Origin: Fimbriosthenelais zetlandica
Taxonomy: Eukaryota
Reading direction: 5' to 3'
Length of the DNA: 64,000 nucleotides
Assembly: GCA_977030845.1 (NCBI GenBank)
Contig: OZ365114.1
Coordinates: 26,102,001-26,166,000 of the forward strand
Shown here: piece after piece, positions 63,601 to 64,000 of the stretch
Numbering within the stretch: position 1 is the stretch's first letter
How the letters are laid out: every line of letters begins with the position of its first letter
Translations under genes and position numbers: made by a program
Notes under the pieces: model-generated
What the model was told of the DNA's origin: nothing
Database searches by the model: none
What the model saw: only the letters and a program-made list of their open reading frames with translations

Positions 63601-64000
63601 AGTGAATGAGTGATTTCGGGAAGAAAGCTTTCTCTCAGTTCCCATAGTTTGTCATCCAGCAATGCCCTAACAGGAAGAAAGCCCCCGCGCTAAAGCAACT
63701 ACCAATTAGTCTGACAGATGATAAGGAAAAATGTGTGAAAATAACGGGGTATTTATTAACGATGTGCCTTATGACGGGTGTGGACAGATTCACCCCGTCC
63801 CCAGGCCATGATTAGGCTTATTCCTCTCAATGTTAGAAGGGAACAGTTTGCTAAAGGGGCAGGGCAGTGAGAAGGGTCATTTATCTTAGTGGTCTAATGG
63901 TTAGGGAAGGTGGAAAGCGAGGTGGTTTTTTATCTTTTGGTGTGAAAATTGTACGATCTGAAGGGGTTGGTGTGGAGGGCAGGGGTGAAAGCAATTCAGG

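Noticed and set aside
63890-63900. tRNA A-box-like tggtctaatgg (similar case near 42348-42420)
   Set aside because: No B-box or cloverleaf.
1-64000. CRISPR arrays, rRNA/tRNA genes, operons, prophage, and strand bias of TE relics
   Set aside because: No regularly spaced repeats, conserved RNA signatures or long ORFs were seen. The relic orientation split (about 12 plus versus 7 minus, including weak calls) is not significant. 14-bp palindromes (8292, 27662, 48554) are at chance frequency.

Overview
No intact protein-coding gene, RNA gene, operon, CRISPR array or prokaryote-type system can be supported. All listed ORFs are 165 aa or shorter, in line with chance expectation. The window looks like non-coding metazoan DNA: roughly 40% GC by eye, CpG-depleted with small CpG-rich patches, and rich in TACATGTA and TAGGCCTA words. 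That word usage resembles marine invertebrate deuterostomes, but this is inference. Hand translation finds many heavily decayed retroelement relics: two DIRS-type tyrosine-recombinase retrotransposons (about 52.1-56.0 kb and 59.4-60.6 kb), Ty3/Gypsy RT and integrase pieces, two Penelope-like RT pieces and several non-LTR EN/RT fragments. These assignments rest on colinear motif order and spacing compared with family motifs recalled from memory, not on database searches. Non-TE signals worth a second look are a textbook recursive-splice site with a 57-nt RS-exon (22.2-22.3 kb, +), a 21-nt microexon candidate (32.9 kb), a GATC-dense multi-hairpin segment (43.5-43.9 kb), housekeeping-promoter motif clusters (5.7, 33.1, 50.6 kb) and perfect nuclear-receptor direct repeats. 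The simplest reading is the interior of a very long intron or a TE-rich intergenic region. I found no convincing novel multi-gene system, and a synthetic or model-generated origin cannot be excluded.
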